Below are positions 34,901 to 52,235 of a DNA stretch of 64,000 nt, in pieces. The position numbers and the translations under genes were made by a program. The stretch comes from Eledone cirrhosa (taxonomy: Eukaryota): positions 208,630,001-208,694,000 of the forward strand of contig OZ024741.1 of assembly GCA_964016885.1 (NCBI GenBank), in the 5' to 3' direction. The notes under the pieces were generated by a model. The model saw nothing but the letters and a program-made list of their open reading frames with translations. It had not been told where the DNA came from and searched no databases. Each line of letters begins with the position of its first letter. Position 1 is the stretch's first letter.

Positions 34901-37900
34901 ATCACTATAACCAACACCACCACTTCCCAGAACTACCACCATCAACACTACAACCACCATCACCACTACAACCAACACCACCACTACCCAGATCTACCAC
35001 CATCACCACTACAACCACCACAACCACTTCCCAGAACTACCACTATCACCACTACAACAAACACCACCACTTCCCAGAACTACCACCATCACCACTGCAA
35101 TCAACACCACCACTTCCCAGAACTACCACCATCACCACTACAACCAACACCACCACTTCCCAGAACTACCACCATCACCACTACAACCAACACCATCACT
35201 TCCCAGAACCACCACCATCACCACTACAACCAACACCACCACTTCCCAGAACTACCACCATCACCACTACAACCAACACTACCATTACACAGAACTACCA
35301 CCATCACCACAACAACCAACACCACCACTTCCCAGAACTGCCACCATCACCACTACAACCAACACCACCACTTCCCAGAACTACCACCATCACCACTACA
35401 ACCAACAACTCCACTTCGCAGAACTACCACCATCACCACTACAACCAACACTACCACTACACAGAACTACCACCATCACCACTACAACCAACACCACCAC
35501 TTCCCAGAACTACCACCATCACCACTACAACCAACACCACCACTACCCAGATCTACCACCATCACCACTACAACCACCACCACCACTTCCCAGAACTACC
35601 ACTATCACCACTACAACCAACACCACCACTTCCCAGAACTACCACCATCACCACTGCAACCAACACCACCACTTCCCAGAACTACCACCATCACCACTAC
35701 AACCAACACCACCACTTCCCAGAACTACCACCATCACCACTACAACCAACACCACCACTTCCCAGAACTACCACCATCACCACTACAATCAACACTACCA
35801 CTACACAGAACTACCACCATCACCACTACAACCAACACCACCACTTCCCACACCTGCCACCATCACCACTACAACCAACACCACCACTTCCCAGAACTAC
35901 CACCATCACCACTACAACCAACAACTCCACTACACAGAACTACCACCATCACCACTACAACCACCACCACCACTTCCCAGAACTACCACTATCACCACTA
36001 CAACCAACACCACCACTTCCCAGAACTACAACCAACACCACCACTACCCAGATCTACCACCATCACCACTACAACTACCACCACCACTTCCCAGAACTAC
36101 CACCATCACCACCACCACCATCAACATCACAACCAGCACCACCACTTCCCAGAACTACTACCATCATCACTACAACCAACACCACCACTTCCCAGAACTA
36201 CCACCATCACCACTATAACCAACACCACAACTACCCAGAACTACCACCATCACCACTACAACCAACACCACCACTACCCAGAACTACCACCATCAGCGCT
36301 ACAACCACCACCACCACTTCCCAGAACCACCACTATCACCACTACAACCAACACCACCACTTCCCAGAACTACCACCATCACCACTACAACCAACACCAC
36401 CACTAACCAGATCTACCACCATCACCACTACAACCACCACCACCATTTCCCAGAACTACCACTATCAGCACTACAACCAACACCACCACTTCCCAGAACT
36501 ACCACCATCACCACTACAACCAACACCACCACTACCCAGAACTACCACCATCACTGCTACAACCACCACCACCACTTACAAGAACTACCACCATCACCGC
36601 TACAACCACCACGACCACTACCCAGAACTACCACCATCACCGCTACAACCACCACCACCACTTCCCAGAACTACCACCATCACCACTACAACTACCACCA
36701 CCACTTCCCAGAACTAGCACCATCATCACTACAACCAACACCACCACTACCCAGAACTACCACCATCACCGCTACGACCACCACCACCACTTCCCAGAAC
36801 TACCACCATCACCACTACAACTACCACCACCACTTCCCAGAACTACTACCATCACCACTACAACCAACACCACCACTACCCAGATCTACCACCATCACCA
36901 CTACAACCACCACCACCACTTCCCAGAACTACCACTATCACCACTACAACCAACACCACCACTGCCCAGAACTACCACCATCACCACTACAACCAACACC
37001 ACCACTACCCAGATCTACCACCATCACCACTACAACCACCACCACCACATCCCAGAACTACCACTATCACCACTACAACCAACACCACCACTTCCCAGAA
37101 CTACCACCATCACCACTACAACCAACACCACCACTACCCAGAACTACCACCATCACCAATACAACCACCACCACCACTTCCCAGAACTACCACAATCACC
37201 ACTACAATCAACACCACCACTTCCCAGGACAACCACTATCATCACTACAACCAACACCACCACTTCCCAGAATTACCACCATCATCACTACAACCACCAC
37301 CACCACTACACAGAAATACCACCATCACCACTACAACCAACACCACCAATTCCCAGAATTACCACCATCACCTCTACAACCAACACCAGCACTCGCCAGA
37401 ACAACCACCATCATCACTACAACCAACACCACCACTTCCCAGAACTACCACCATCACCACTACAACCAAAACCACCACTTCCCAGAACTACCAGCATCAC
37501 CACTACCACCTTCACCACTACAACCAACACCACCACTTCCCAGAACTACCACCATCACCACTACAACCAACACTACCACTACACAGAACTACCACCATCA
37601 CCACTACAACCAACACCACCACTTCCCACACCTGCCACCATTACCACTACAACCAACCCCACCACTTCCCAGAACTACCACCATCACCACTACAACCAAC
37701 AACTCCACTTCGCAAAACTACCACCATCACCACTACAACCAACACTACCTCTACACAGAACAACCACCATCACCACTACAACCACCACCACCACTTCCCA
37801 GAACTACCACTATCACCACTACAACCAACACCACCACTTCCCAGAACTACAACCAACACCACCACTACCCAGATCTACCACCATCACCACTACAACCACC

Positions 37901-40900
37901 AACACCACTTCCCGGAACTACCACTATCACCACTACAACCAACACCACCACTTCCCAGAACTACCACCATCATCACTATAACCAACACCACCACTTCCCA
38001 GAACTACCACCATCAAAACTACAACCACCATCACCACTACAACCAACACCACCACTTCCCAGAACTGCCACCATCACCACTACAACCAACACCACCACTA
38101 CCCAGATCTACCACCATCACCACTACAACTACCACCACCACTTCCCAGAACTACCACCATCACCACCACCACCATCAACACCACAACCAGCACCACCACT
38201 TCCCAGAACTACTACCATCATCACTACAACCAACACCACCACTTCCCAGAACTACCACCATCACCACTATAACCAACACCACAACTACCCAGAACTACCA
38301 CCATCACCACTACAACCAACACCACCACTACCCAGAACTACCACCATCACCGCTACAACCACCACCACCACTTCCCAGAACCACCACTATCACCACTACA
38401 ACCAACACCACCACTTCCCAGAACTACCACCATCACCACTACAACCACCACGACCACTACCCAGAACTACCACCATCACCGCTACAACCACCACCACCAC
38501 TTCCCAGAACTACCACCATCACCACTACAACTACCACCACCACTTCCCAGAACTACCACCATCATCACTACAACCAACACCACCACTACCCAGATCTACC
38601 ACCATCACCACTACAACCACCACCACCACCACTTCCCAGAACTACCACTATCACCACTACAACCAACACCACCACTTCCCAGAACTACCACCATCACCAC
38701 TACAACCAACACCACCACTAACCAGATCTACCACCATCACCACTACAACCACCACCACCATTTCCCAGAACTACCACTATCAGCACTACAACCAACACCA
38801 CCACTTCCCACACCTGCCACCATCACCACTACAACCAACACCACCACTTCCCAGAACTACCACCATCACCACTACAACCAACAACTCCACTACACAGAAC
38901 TACCACCATCACCACTACAACCACCACCACCACTTCCCAGAACTACCACTATCACCACTACAACCAACACCACCACTTCCCAGAACTACAACCAACACCA
39001 CCACTACCCAGATCTACCACCATCACCACTACAACCACCACCACCACTTCCCAGAACTACCACTATCACCACTACAACCAACACCACCACTTCCCAGAAC
39101 TACCACCATCATCACTATAACCAACACCACCACTTCCCAGAACTACCACCATCACCACTACAACCAACAACTCCACTTCGAAGAACTACCACCATCACCA
39201 CTACAACCAACACCACCACTTCCCAGAACTACCACCATCACCACTACAACCAACACTACCACTACACAGAACTACCACCATCACCACTACAACCAACACC
39301 ACCACTTCCCAGAACTGCCACCATCACCACTACAACCAACACCACCACTTCCCAGAACTACCACCATCACCACTACAACCAACAACTCCACTTCGCAGAA
39401 CTACCACCATCACCACTACAACCAACACTACCACTACACAGAAATACCACCATCACCACTACAACCACCACCACCACTTCCCAGAACTACCACTATCACC
39501 ACTACAACCAACACCACCACTTCCCAGAACTACAACCAACACCACCACTACCCAGATCTACCACCATCACCACTACAACCACCACCACCACTTCCCAGAA
39601 CTACCACTATCACCACTACAACCAACACCACCACTTCCCAGAACTACCACCATCATCACTATAACCAACACCACCACTTCCCAGAACTACCACCATCAAC
39701 ACTACAACCACCATCACCACTACAACCAACACCACCACTACCCAGATCTACCACCATCACCACTACAACCACCACAACCACTTCCCAGAACTACCACTAT
39801 CACCACTACAACAAACACCACCACTTCCCAGAACTACCACCATCACCACTGCAATCAACACCACCACTTCCCAGAACTACCACCATCACCACTACAACCA
39901 ACACCACCACTTCCCAGAACTACCACCATCACCACTACAACCAACACCATCACTTCCCAGAACCACCACCATCACCACTACAACCAACACCACCACTTCC
40001 CAGAACTACCACCATCACCACTACAACCAACACTACCATTACACAGAACTACCACCATCACCACAACAACCAACACCACCACTTCCCAGAACTGCCACCA
40101 TCACCACTACAACCAACACCACCACTTCCCAGAACTACCACCATCACCACTACAACCAACAACTCCACTTCGCAGAACTACCACCATCACCACTACAACC
40201 AACACTACCACTACACAGAACTACCACCATCACCACTACAACCAACACCACCACTTCCCAGAACTACCACCATCACCACTACAACCAACACCACCACTAC
40301 CCAGATCTACCACCATCACCACTACAACCACCACCACCACTTCCCAGAACTACCACTATCACCACTACAACCAACACCACCACTTCCCAGAACTACCACC
40401 ATCACCACTGCAACCAACACCACCACTTCCCAGAACTACCACCATCACCACTACAACCAACACCACCACTTCCCAGAACTACCACCATCACCACTACAAC
40501 CAACACCACCACTTCCCAGAACTACCACCATCACCACTACAATCAACACTACCACTACACAGAACTACCACCATCACCACTACAACCAACACCACCACTT
40601 CCCACACCTGCCACCATCACCACTACAACCAACACCACCACTTCCCAGAACTACCACCATCACCACTACAACCAACAACTCCACTACACAGAACTACCAC
40701 CATCACCACTACAACCACCACCACCACTTCCCAGAACTACCACTATCACCACTACAACCAACACCACCACTTCCCAGAACTACAACCAACACCACCACTA
40801 CCCAGATCTACCACCATCACCACTACAACTACCACCACCACTTCCCAGAACTACCACCATCACCACCACCACCATCAACATCACAACCAGCACCACCACT

Positions 40901-43560
40901 TCCCAGAACTACTACCATCATCACTACAACCAACACCACCACTTCCCAGAACTACCACCATCACCACTATAACCAACACCACAACTACCCAGAACTACCA
41001 CCATCACCACTACAACCAACACCACCACTACCCAGAACTACCACCATCAGCGCTACAACCACCACCACCACTTCCCAGAACCACCACTATCACCACTACA
41101 ACCAACACCACCACTTCCCAGAACTACCACCATCACCACTACAACCAACACCACCACTAACCAGATCTACCACCATCACCACTACAACCACCACCACCAT
41201 TTCCCAGAACTACCACTATCAGCACTACAACCAACACCACCACTTCCCAGAACTACCACCATCACCACTACAACCAACACCACCACTACCCAGAACTACC
41301 ACCATCACTGCTACAACCACCACCACCACTTACAAGAACTACCACCATCACCGCTACAACCACCACGACCACTACCCAGAACTACCACCATCACCGCTAC
41401 AACCACCACCACCACTTCCCAGAACTACCACCATCACCACTACAACTACCACCACCACTTCCCAGAACTAGCACCATCATCACTACAACCAACACCACCA
41501 CTACCCAGAACTACCACCATCACCGCTACGACCACCACCACCACTTCCCAGAACTACCACCATCACCACTACAACTACCACCACCACTTCCCAGAACTAC
41601 TACCATCACCACTACAACCAACACCACCACTACCCAGATCTACCACCATCACCACTACAACCACCACCACCACTTCCCAGAACTACCACTATCACCACTA
41701 CAACCAACACCACCACTGCCCAGAACTACCACCATCACCACTACAACCAACACCACCACTACCCAGATCTACCACCATCACCACTACAACCACCACCACC
41801 ACATCCCAGAACTACCACTATCTCCACTACAACCAACACCACCACTTCCCAGAACTACCACCATCACCACTACAACCAACACCACCACTACCCAGAACTA
41901 CCACCATCACCAATACAACCACCACCACCACTTCCCAGAACTACCACAATCACCACTACAATCAACACCACCACTTCCCAGGACAACCACTATCATCACT
42001 ACAACCAACACCACCACTTCCCAGAATTACCACCATCATCACTACAACCACCACCACCACTACACAGAAATACCACCATCACCACTACAACCAACACCAC
42101 CAATTCCCAGAATTACCACCATCACCTCTACAACCAACACCAGCACTCGCCAGAACAACCACCATCATCACTACAACCAACACCACCACTTCCCAGAACT
42201 ACCACCATCACCACTACAACCAAAACCACCACTTCCCAGAACTACCAGCATCACCACTACCACCTTCACCACTACAACCAACACCACCACTTCCCAGAAC
42301 TACCACCATCACCACTACAACCAACACTACCACTACACAGAACTACCACCATCACCACTACAACCAACACCACCACTTCCCACACCTGCCACCATTACCA
42401 CTACAACCAACCCCACCACTTCCCAGAACTACCACCATCACCACTACAACCAACAACTCCACTTCGCAAAACTACCACCATCACCACTACAACCAACACT
42501 ACCTCTACACAGAACAACCACCATCACCACTACAACCACCACCACCACTTCCCAGAACTACCACTATCACCACTACAACCAACACCACCACTTCCCAGAA
42601 CTACAACCAACACCACCACTACCCAGATCTACCACCATCACCACTACAACCACCAACACCACTTCCCGGAACTACCACTATCACCACTACAACCAACACC
42701 ACCACTTCCCAGAACTACCACCATCATCACTATAACCAACACCACCACTTCCCAGAACTACCACCATCAAAACTACAACCACCATCACCACTACAACCAA
42801 CACCACCACTTCCCAGAACTGCCACCATCACCACTACAACCAACACCACCACTACCCAGATCTACCACCATCACCACTACAACTACCACCACCACTTCCC
42901 AGAACTACCACCATCACCACCACCACCATCAACACCACAACCAGCACCACCACTTCCCAGAACTACTACCATCATCACTACAACCAACACCACCACTTCC
43001 CAGAACTACCACCATCACCACTATAACCAACACCACAACTACCCAGAACTACCACCATCACCACTACAACCAACACCACCACTACCCAGAACTACCACCA
43101 TCACCGCTACAACCACCACCACCACTTCCCAGAACCACCACTATCACCACTACAACCAACACCACCACTTCCCAGAACTACCACCATCACCACTACAACC
43201 ACCACGACCACTACCCAGAACTACCACCATCACCGCTACAACCACCACCACCACTTCCCAGAACTACCACCATCACCACTACAACTACCACCACCACTTC
43301 CCAGAACTACCACCATCATCACTACAACCAACACCACCACTACCCAGATCTACCACCATCACCACTACAACCACCACCACCACCACTTCCCAGAACTACC
43401 ACTATCACCACTACAACCAACACCACCACTTCCCAGAACTACCACCATCACCACTACAACCAACACCACCACTAACCAGATCTACCACCATCACCACTAC
43501 AACCACCACCACCATTTCCCAGAACTACCACTATCAGCACTACAACCAACACCACCACTT
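34053..43560. repeat. 4754-bp higher-order tandem duplication (2 near-identical copies)
   Basis: CCCACACCTG 34053/38807, 35847/40601 and 37625/42379, and TTTCCCAG 38761/43515, all at offset 4754. Confidence 0.93.
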
Positions 43561-46500
43561 CCCAGAACTACCACCATCACCACTACAACCAACACCACCA
43601 CTACCCAGAACTACCACCATCACTGCTACAACCACCACCACCACTTACAAGAACTACCACCATCACCGCTACAACCACCACGACCACTACCCAGAACTAC
43701 CACCATCACCGCTACAACCACCACCATCACTTCCAAGAACTACCACTATCACCACTACAACTACCACCACCACTTCCCAGAACTAGCACCATCATCACTA
43801 CAACCAACACCACCACTACCCAGAACTACCACCATCACCAATACAACCACCACCACCACTTCCCAGAACTACCACAATCACCACTACAATCAACACCACC
43901 ACTTCCCAGGACAACCACTATCATCACTACAACCAACACCACCACTTCCCAGAATTACCACCATCATCACTACAACCACCACCACCACTACACAGAAATA
44001 CCACCATCACCACTACAACCAACACCACCAATTCCCAGAATTACCACCATCACCTCTACAACCAACACCAGCACTCGCCAGAACAACCACCATCATCACT
44101 ACAACCAACACCACCACTTCCCAGAACTACCACCATCACCACTACAACCAAAACCACCACTTCCCAGAACTACCAGCATCACCACTACCACCTTCACCAC
44201 TACAACCAACACCACCACTTCCCAGAACTACCACCATCACCACTACAACCAACACTACCACTACACAGAACTACCACCATCACCACTACAACCAACACCA
44301 CCACTTCCCACACCTGCCACCATTACCACTACAACCAACCCCACCACTTCCCAGAACTACCACCATCACCACTACAACCAACAACTCCACTTCGCAAAAC
44401 TACCACCATCACCACTACAACCAACACTACCTCTACACAGAACAACCACCATCACCACTACAACCACCACCACCACTTCCCAGAACTACCACTATCACCA
44501 CTACAACCAACACCACCACTTCCCAGAACTACAACCAACACCACCACTACCCAGATCTACCACCATCACCACTACAACCACCAACACCACTTCCCGGAAC
44601 TACCACTATCACCACTACAACCAACACCACCACTTCCCAGAACTACCACCATCATCACTATAACCAACACCACCACTTCCCAGAACTACCACCATCAAAA
44701 CTACAACCACCATCACCACTACAACCAACACCACCACTTCCCAGAACTGCCACCATCACCACTACAACCAACACCACCACTACCCAGATCTACCACCATC
44801 ACCACTACAACTACCACCACCACTTCCCAGAACTACCACCATCACCACCACCACCATCAACACCACAACCAGCACCACCACTTCCCAGAACTACTACCAT
44901 CATCACTACAACCAACACCACCACTTCCCAGAACTACCACCATCACCACTATAACCAACACCACAACTACCCAGAACTACCACCATCACCACTACAACCA
45001 ACACCACCACTACCCAGAACTACCACCATCACCGCTACAACCACCACCACCACTTCCCAGAACCACCACTATCACCACTACAACCAACACCACCACTTCC
45101 CAGAACTACCACCATCACCACTACAACCACCACGACCACTACCCAGAACTACCACCATCACCGCTACAACCACCACCACCACTTCCCAGAACTACCACCA
45201 TCACCACTACAACTACCACCACCACTTCCCAGAACTACCACCATCATCACTACAACCAACACCACCACTACCCAGATCTACCACCATCACCACTACAACC
45301 ACCACCACCACCACTTCCCAGAACTACCACTATCACCACTACAACCAACACCACCACTTCCCAGAACTACCACCATCACCACTACAACCAACACCACCAC
45401 TAACCAGATCTACCACCATCACCACTACAACCACCACCACCATTTCCCAGAACTACCACTATCAGCACTACAACCAACACCACCACTTCCCAGAACTACC
45501 ACCATCACCACTACAACCAACACCACCACTACCCAGAACTACCACCATCACTGCTACAACCACCACCACCACTTACAAGAACTACCACCATCACCGCTAC
45601 AACCACCACGACCACTACCCAGAACTACCACCATCACCGCTACAACCACCACCATCACTTCCAAGAACTACCACTATCACCACTACAACTACCACCACCA
45701 CTTCCCAGAACTAGCACCATCATCACTACAACCAACACCACCACTACCCAGAACTACCACCATCACCGCTACGACCACCACCACCACTTCCCAGAACTAC
45801 CACCATCACCACTACAACTACCACCACCACTTCCCAGAACTACTACCATCACCACTACAACCAACACCACCACTACCCAGATCTACCACCATCACCACTA
45901 CAACCACCACCACCACTTCCCAGAACTACCACTATCACCACTACAACCAACACCACCACTGCCCAGAACTACCACCATCACCACTACAACCAACACCACC
46001 ACTACCCAGATCTACCACCATCACCACTACAACCACCACCACCACATCCCAGAACTACCATTATCACCACTACAACCAACACCACCACTTCCCAGAACTA
46101 CCACCATCACCACTACAACCAACACCACCACTACCCAGAACTACCACCATCACCAATACAACCACCACCACCACTTCCCAGAACTACCACAATCACCACT
46201 ACAATCAACACCACCACTTCCCAGGACAACCACTATCATCACTACAACCAACACCACCACTTCCCAGAATTACCACCATCATCACTACAACAACCACCAC
46301 CACTACACAGAAATACCACCATCACCACTACAACCAACACCACCAATTCCCAGAATTACCACCATCACCTCTACAACCAACACCAGCACTCGCCAGAACA
46401 ACCACCATCATCACTACAACCAACACCACCACTTCCCAGAACTACCACCATCACCACTACAACCAAAACCACCACTTCCCAGAACTACCAGCATCACCAC

Positions 46501-47700
46501 TACCACCTTCACCACTACAACCAACACCACCACTTCCCAGAACTACCACCATCACCACTACAACCAACACTACCACTACACAGAACTACCACCATCACCA
46601 CTACAACCAACACCACCACTTCCCACACCTGCCACCATTACCACTACAACCAACCCCACCACTTCCCAGAACTACCACCATCACCACTACAACCAACAAC
46701 TCCACTTCGCAAAACTACCACCATCACCACTACAACCAACACTACCTCTACACAGAACAACCACAATCACCACTACAACCACCACCACCACTTCCCAGAA
46801 CTACCACTATCACCACTACAACCAACACCACCACTTCCCAGAACTACAACCAACACCACCACTACCCAGATCTACCACCATCACCACTACAACCACCAAC
46901 ACCACTTCCCGGAACTACCATTATCACCACTACAACCAACACCACCACTTCCCAGAACTACCACCATCATCACTATAACCAACACCACCACTTCCCAGAA
47001 CTACCACCATCAAAACTACAACCACCATCACCACTACAACCAACACCACCACTTCCCAGAACTGCCACCATCACCACTACAACCAACACCACCACTACCC
47101 AGATCTACCACCATCACCACTACAACTACCACCACCACTTCCCAGAACTACCACCATCACCACCACCACCATCAACACCACAACCAGCACCACCACTTCC
47201 CAGAACTACTACCATCATCACTACAACCAACACCACCACTTCCCAGAACTACCACCATCACCACTATAACCAACACCACAACTACCCAGAACTACCACCA
47301 TCACCACTACAACCAACACCACCACTACCCAGAACTACCACCATCACCGCTACAACCACCACCACCACTTCCCAGAACCACCACTATCACCACTACAACC
47401 AACACCACCACTTCCCAGAACTACCACCATCACCACTACAACCACCACGACCACTACCCAGAACTACCACCATCACCGCTACAACCACCACCACCACTTC
47501 CCAGAACTACCACCATCACCACTACAACTACCACCACCACTTCCCAGAACTACCACCATCATCACTACAACCAACAACACCACTACCCAGATCTACCACC
47601 ATCACCACTACAACCACCACCACCACCACTTCCCAGAACTACCACTATCACCACTACAACCAACACCACCACTTCCCAGAACTACCACCATCACCACTAC
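41900..47700. repeat. Approximately 2.3-kb higher-order repeat with periods 1928 and 2315 bp
   Basis: CCCACACCTG at 42379, 44307 and 46622, and TTCCAAG at 43731/45659. The two periods differ by 387 bp = 9x43. Confidence 0.85.
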
Positions 47701-50700
47701 TACCAACACCACCACTACCCAGATCTACCACCATCACCACTACAACCACCACCACCACTTCCCAGAACTACCACTATCACCACTACAACCAACACCACCA
47801 CTTCCCAGAACTACCACCATCACCACTACAACCAACACCACCACTACCCAGAACTACCACCATCACCAATACAACCACCACCACCACTTCCCAGAACTAC
47901 CACCATCACCACTACAATCAACAACACCACTTCCCAGGACAACCACCATCATCACTACAACCAACACCACCACTTCCCAGAACTACCACCATCATCACTA
48001 CAACCAACACCACCACTTCCCAGAACTACCACCATCACCACTACAACCAACACCACCACTTCCCACACCTGCCACCATTACCACTACAACCAACACCACC
48101 ACTTCCCAGAACTACCACCATCACCACTACAACCAACAACTCCACTTCGCAAAACTACCACCATCACCACTACAACCAACACTACCTCTACACAGAACAA
48201 CCACCATCACCACTACAACCACCACCACCACTTCCCAGAACTACCACTATCACCACTACAACCAACACCACCACTTCCCAGAACTACAACCAACACCACC
48301 ACTACCCAGATCTACCACCATCACCACTACAACCACCAACACCACTTCCCGGAACTACCACTATCACCACTACAACCAACACCACCACTTCCCAGAACTA
48401 CCACCATCATCACTATAACCAACACCACCACTTCCCAGAACTACCACCATCACCACTACAACCAAAACCACCACTTCCCAGAACTACCAGCATCACCACT
48501 ACCACCTTCACCACTTCAACCAACACCACCACTTCCCAGAAGTACCACCATCACCACCACAACCAGCACCACCACTACCCAGAACTACTACCATCATCAC
48601 TACAACCAACACCACCACTTCCCAGAACTACCACCATCACCACCACTACCCAGAACTACCACTATCACCACTACAACCAACACCACCACTACCCAGAACT
48701 ACCACCATCACCACTACAACCAACACCACCACTTCCCAGAATTACCACCATCACCTCTACAACCAACACCAGCACTCGGCAGAACAACCACCATCATCAC
48801 TACAACCAACACCACCACTTCCCAGAACTACCACCATCACCACTACAACCAAAACCACCACTTCCCAGAACTACCAGCATCACCACTACCACCTTCACCA
48901 CTTCAACCAACACCACCACTTCCCAGAACTACCACCATCACCACCACAACCAGCACCACCACTACCCAGAACTACCACCATCACCACTACAACCAACACC
49001 ACCACTTCCCAGAACTACCACCATCACCACCACCACCATCAACACCACAACCAGCACCACCATTACCCAGAACTACTACCATCATCACTACAAGCAACAC
49101 CACCACTTCCTAGAACTACCACCATCACCACTACAACCAACACTACCACTACACAGAACTACCACCATCACCACTACAACCACCACCACCACATCCCAGA
49201 ACTACCACTATCACCACTACAACCAACACCACCATTACCCAGATCTACCACCATCACCACTACAACCACCACCACCACTTCCCAGAACTAGCACTATCAC
49301 CACTACAACCAACACCACCACTTCCCAGAACTACCACGATCACCTCTACAACCAACACCAGCACTCGCCAGAACAACCACCATCATCACTACAACCAACA
49401 CCACCACTTCCCAGAACTACCACCATCACCACTACAACCAAAACCACCACTTCCCAGAACTACCAGCATCACCACTACCACCTTCACCACTACAACCAAC
49501 ACCACCACTTCCCAGAACTACCACCATCACCACTACAACCAACACTACCACTACACAGAACTACCACCATCACCACTACAACCAACACCACCACTTCCCA
49601 CACCTGCCACCATCACCACTACAACCAACACCACCACTTCCCAGAACTACCACCATCACCACTACAACCAACAACTCCACTACACAGAACTACCACCATC
49701 ACCACTACAACCACCACCACCACTTCCCAGAACTACCACTATCACCACTACAACCAACACCACCACTTCCCAGAACTACAACCAACACCACCACTACCCA
49801 GATCTACCACCATCACCACTAAAACCACCACCACCACTTCCCAGAACTACCACTATCACCACTACAACCAACACCACCACTTCCCAGAACTACCACCATC
49901 ATAACAATAACCAACACCACCACTTCCCAGAACTACCACCATCACCACTACAACCAACACCACCACTACCCAGATCTACCACCATCACCACTACAACTAC
50001 CACCACCACTTCCCAGAACTACCACCATCACCACCACCACCATCAACACCACAACCAGCACCACCACTTCCCAGAACTACTACCATCATCACTACAACCA
50101 ACACCACCACTTCCCAGAACTACCACCATCACCACTATAACCAACACCACAACTACCCAGAACTACCACCATCACCACTACAACCAACACCACCACTACC
50201 CAGAACTACCACCATCAGCGCTACAACCACCACCACCACTTCCCAGAACCACCACTATCACCACTACAACCAACACCACCACTTCCCAGAACTACCACCA
50301 TCACCACTACAACCAACACCACCACTAACCAGATCTACCACCATCACCACTACAACCACCACCACCACTTCCCAGAACTACCACTATCAGCACTACAACC
50401 AACACCACCACTTCCCAGAACTACCACCATCACCACTACAACCAACACCACCACTACCCAGAACTACCACCATCACTGCTACAACCACCACCACCACTTA
50501 CAAGAACTACCACCATCACCGCTACAACCACCACGACCACTACCCAGAACTGCCACCATCACCGCTACAACCACCACCACCACTTCCCAGAACTACCACC
50601 ATCACCACTACAACTACCACCACCACTTCCCAGAACTACCACCATCATCACTACAACCAACACCACCACTACCCAGAACTACCACCATCACCGCTACGAC

Positions 50701-52235
50701 CACCACCACCACTTCCCAGAACTACCACCATCACCACTACAACTACCACCACCACTTCCCAGAACTACTACCATCACCACTACAACCAACACCACCACTA
50801 CCGAGATCTACCACCATCACCACTACAACCACCACCACCACTTCCCAGAACTACCACTATCACCACTACAACCAACACCACCACTTCCCAGAACTACCAC
50901 CATCACCACTACAACCAACACCACCACTACCCAGATCTACCACCATCACCACTACAACCACCACCACCACTTCCCAGAACTACCACTATCACCACTACAA
51001 CCAACACCACCACTTCCCAGAACTACCACCATCACCACTACAACCAACACCACCACTACCCAGAACTACCACCATCACCAATACAACCACCACCACCACT
51101 TCCCAGAACTACCACCATCACCACTACAATCAACACCACCACTTCCCAGGACAACCACCATCATCACTACAACCACCACCACCACTACCCAGAACTACCA
51201 CCATCACCACTACAACCAACACCACCAATTCCCAGAATTACCACCATCACCTCTACAACCAACACCAGCACTCGCCAGAACAACCACCATCATCACTACA
51301 ACCAACACCACCACCTCCCAGAACTACCACCATCACCACTACAACCAAAACCACCACTTCCCAGAACTACCACATCACCACTACCACCTTCACCACTTCA
51401 ACCAACACCACCACTTCCCAGAACTACCACCATCACCACCACAACCAGCACCACCACTACCCAGAACTACTACCATCATCACTACAACCAACACCACCAC
51501 TTCCCAGAACTACCACCATCACCACCACAACCAGCACCACCACTACCCAGAACTACCACTATCACCACTACAACCAACACCACCACTACCCAGAACTACC
51601 AGCATCACCACTACCACCATCACCACTACAACCAACACCACCACTTCCCAGAACTACCACCATCACCACCACCACCATCAACACCACAACCAGCACCACC
51701 ACTACCCAGAACTACTACCATCATCACTACAACCAACACCACCACTTCCTAGAACTACCACCATCACCACTACAACCAACACTACCACTACACAGAACTA
51801 CCACCATCACCACTACAACCACCACCACCACTTCCCAGAACTACCACTATCACCACTACAACCAACACCACCACTTCCCAGAACTACCACCATCACCACT
51901 ACAACCAACACCACCACTACCCAGATCTACCACCAAAACCCCTACAACCACCACCACCACTTCCCAGAACTACCACCATCACCACTACAACCAACACCAC
52001 CACTTCCCAGAACTACCACCATCACCACTACAACCAACACCACCACTTCCCAGAACCACCACCATCACCACTACAACCAACACCACCACTTCCCAGAACT
52101 ACCACCATCACCACTACGACCAACACTACCACTACACAGAACTACCACCATCACCACAACAACCAACACCACCACTTCCCAGAACTGCCACCATCACCAC
52201 TATAGCCAACACCACCACTTCCCAGAACTACCACC

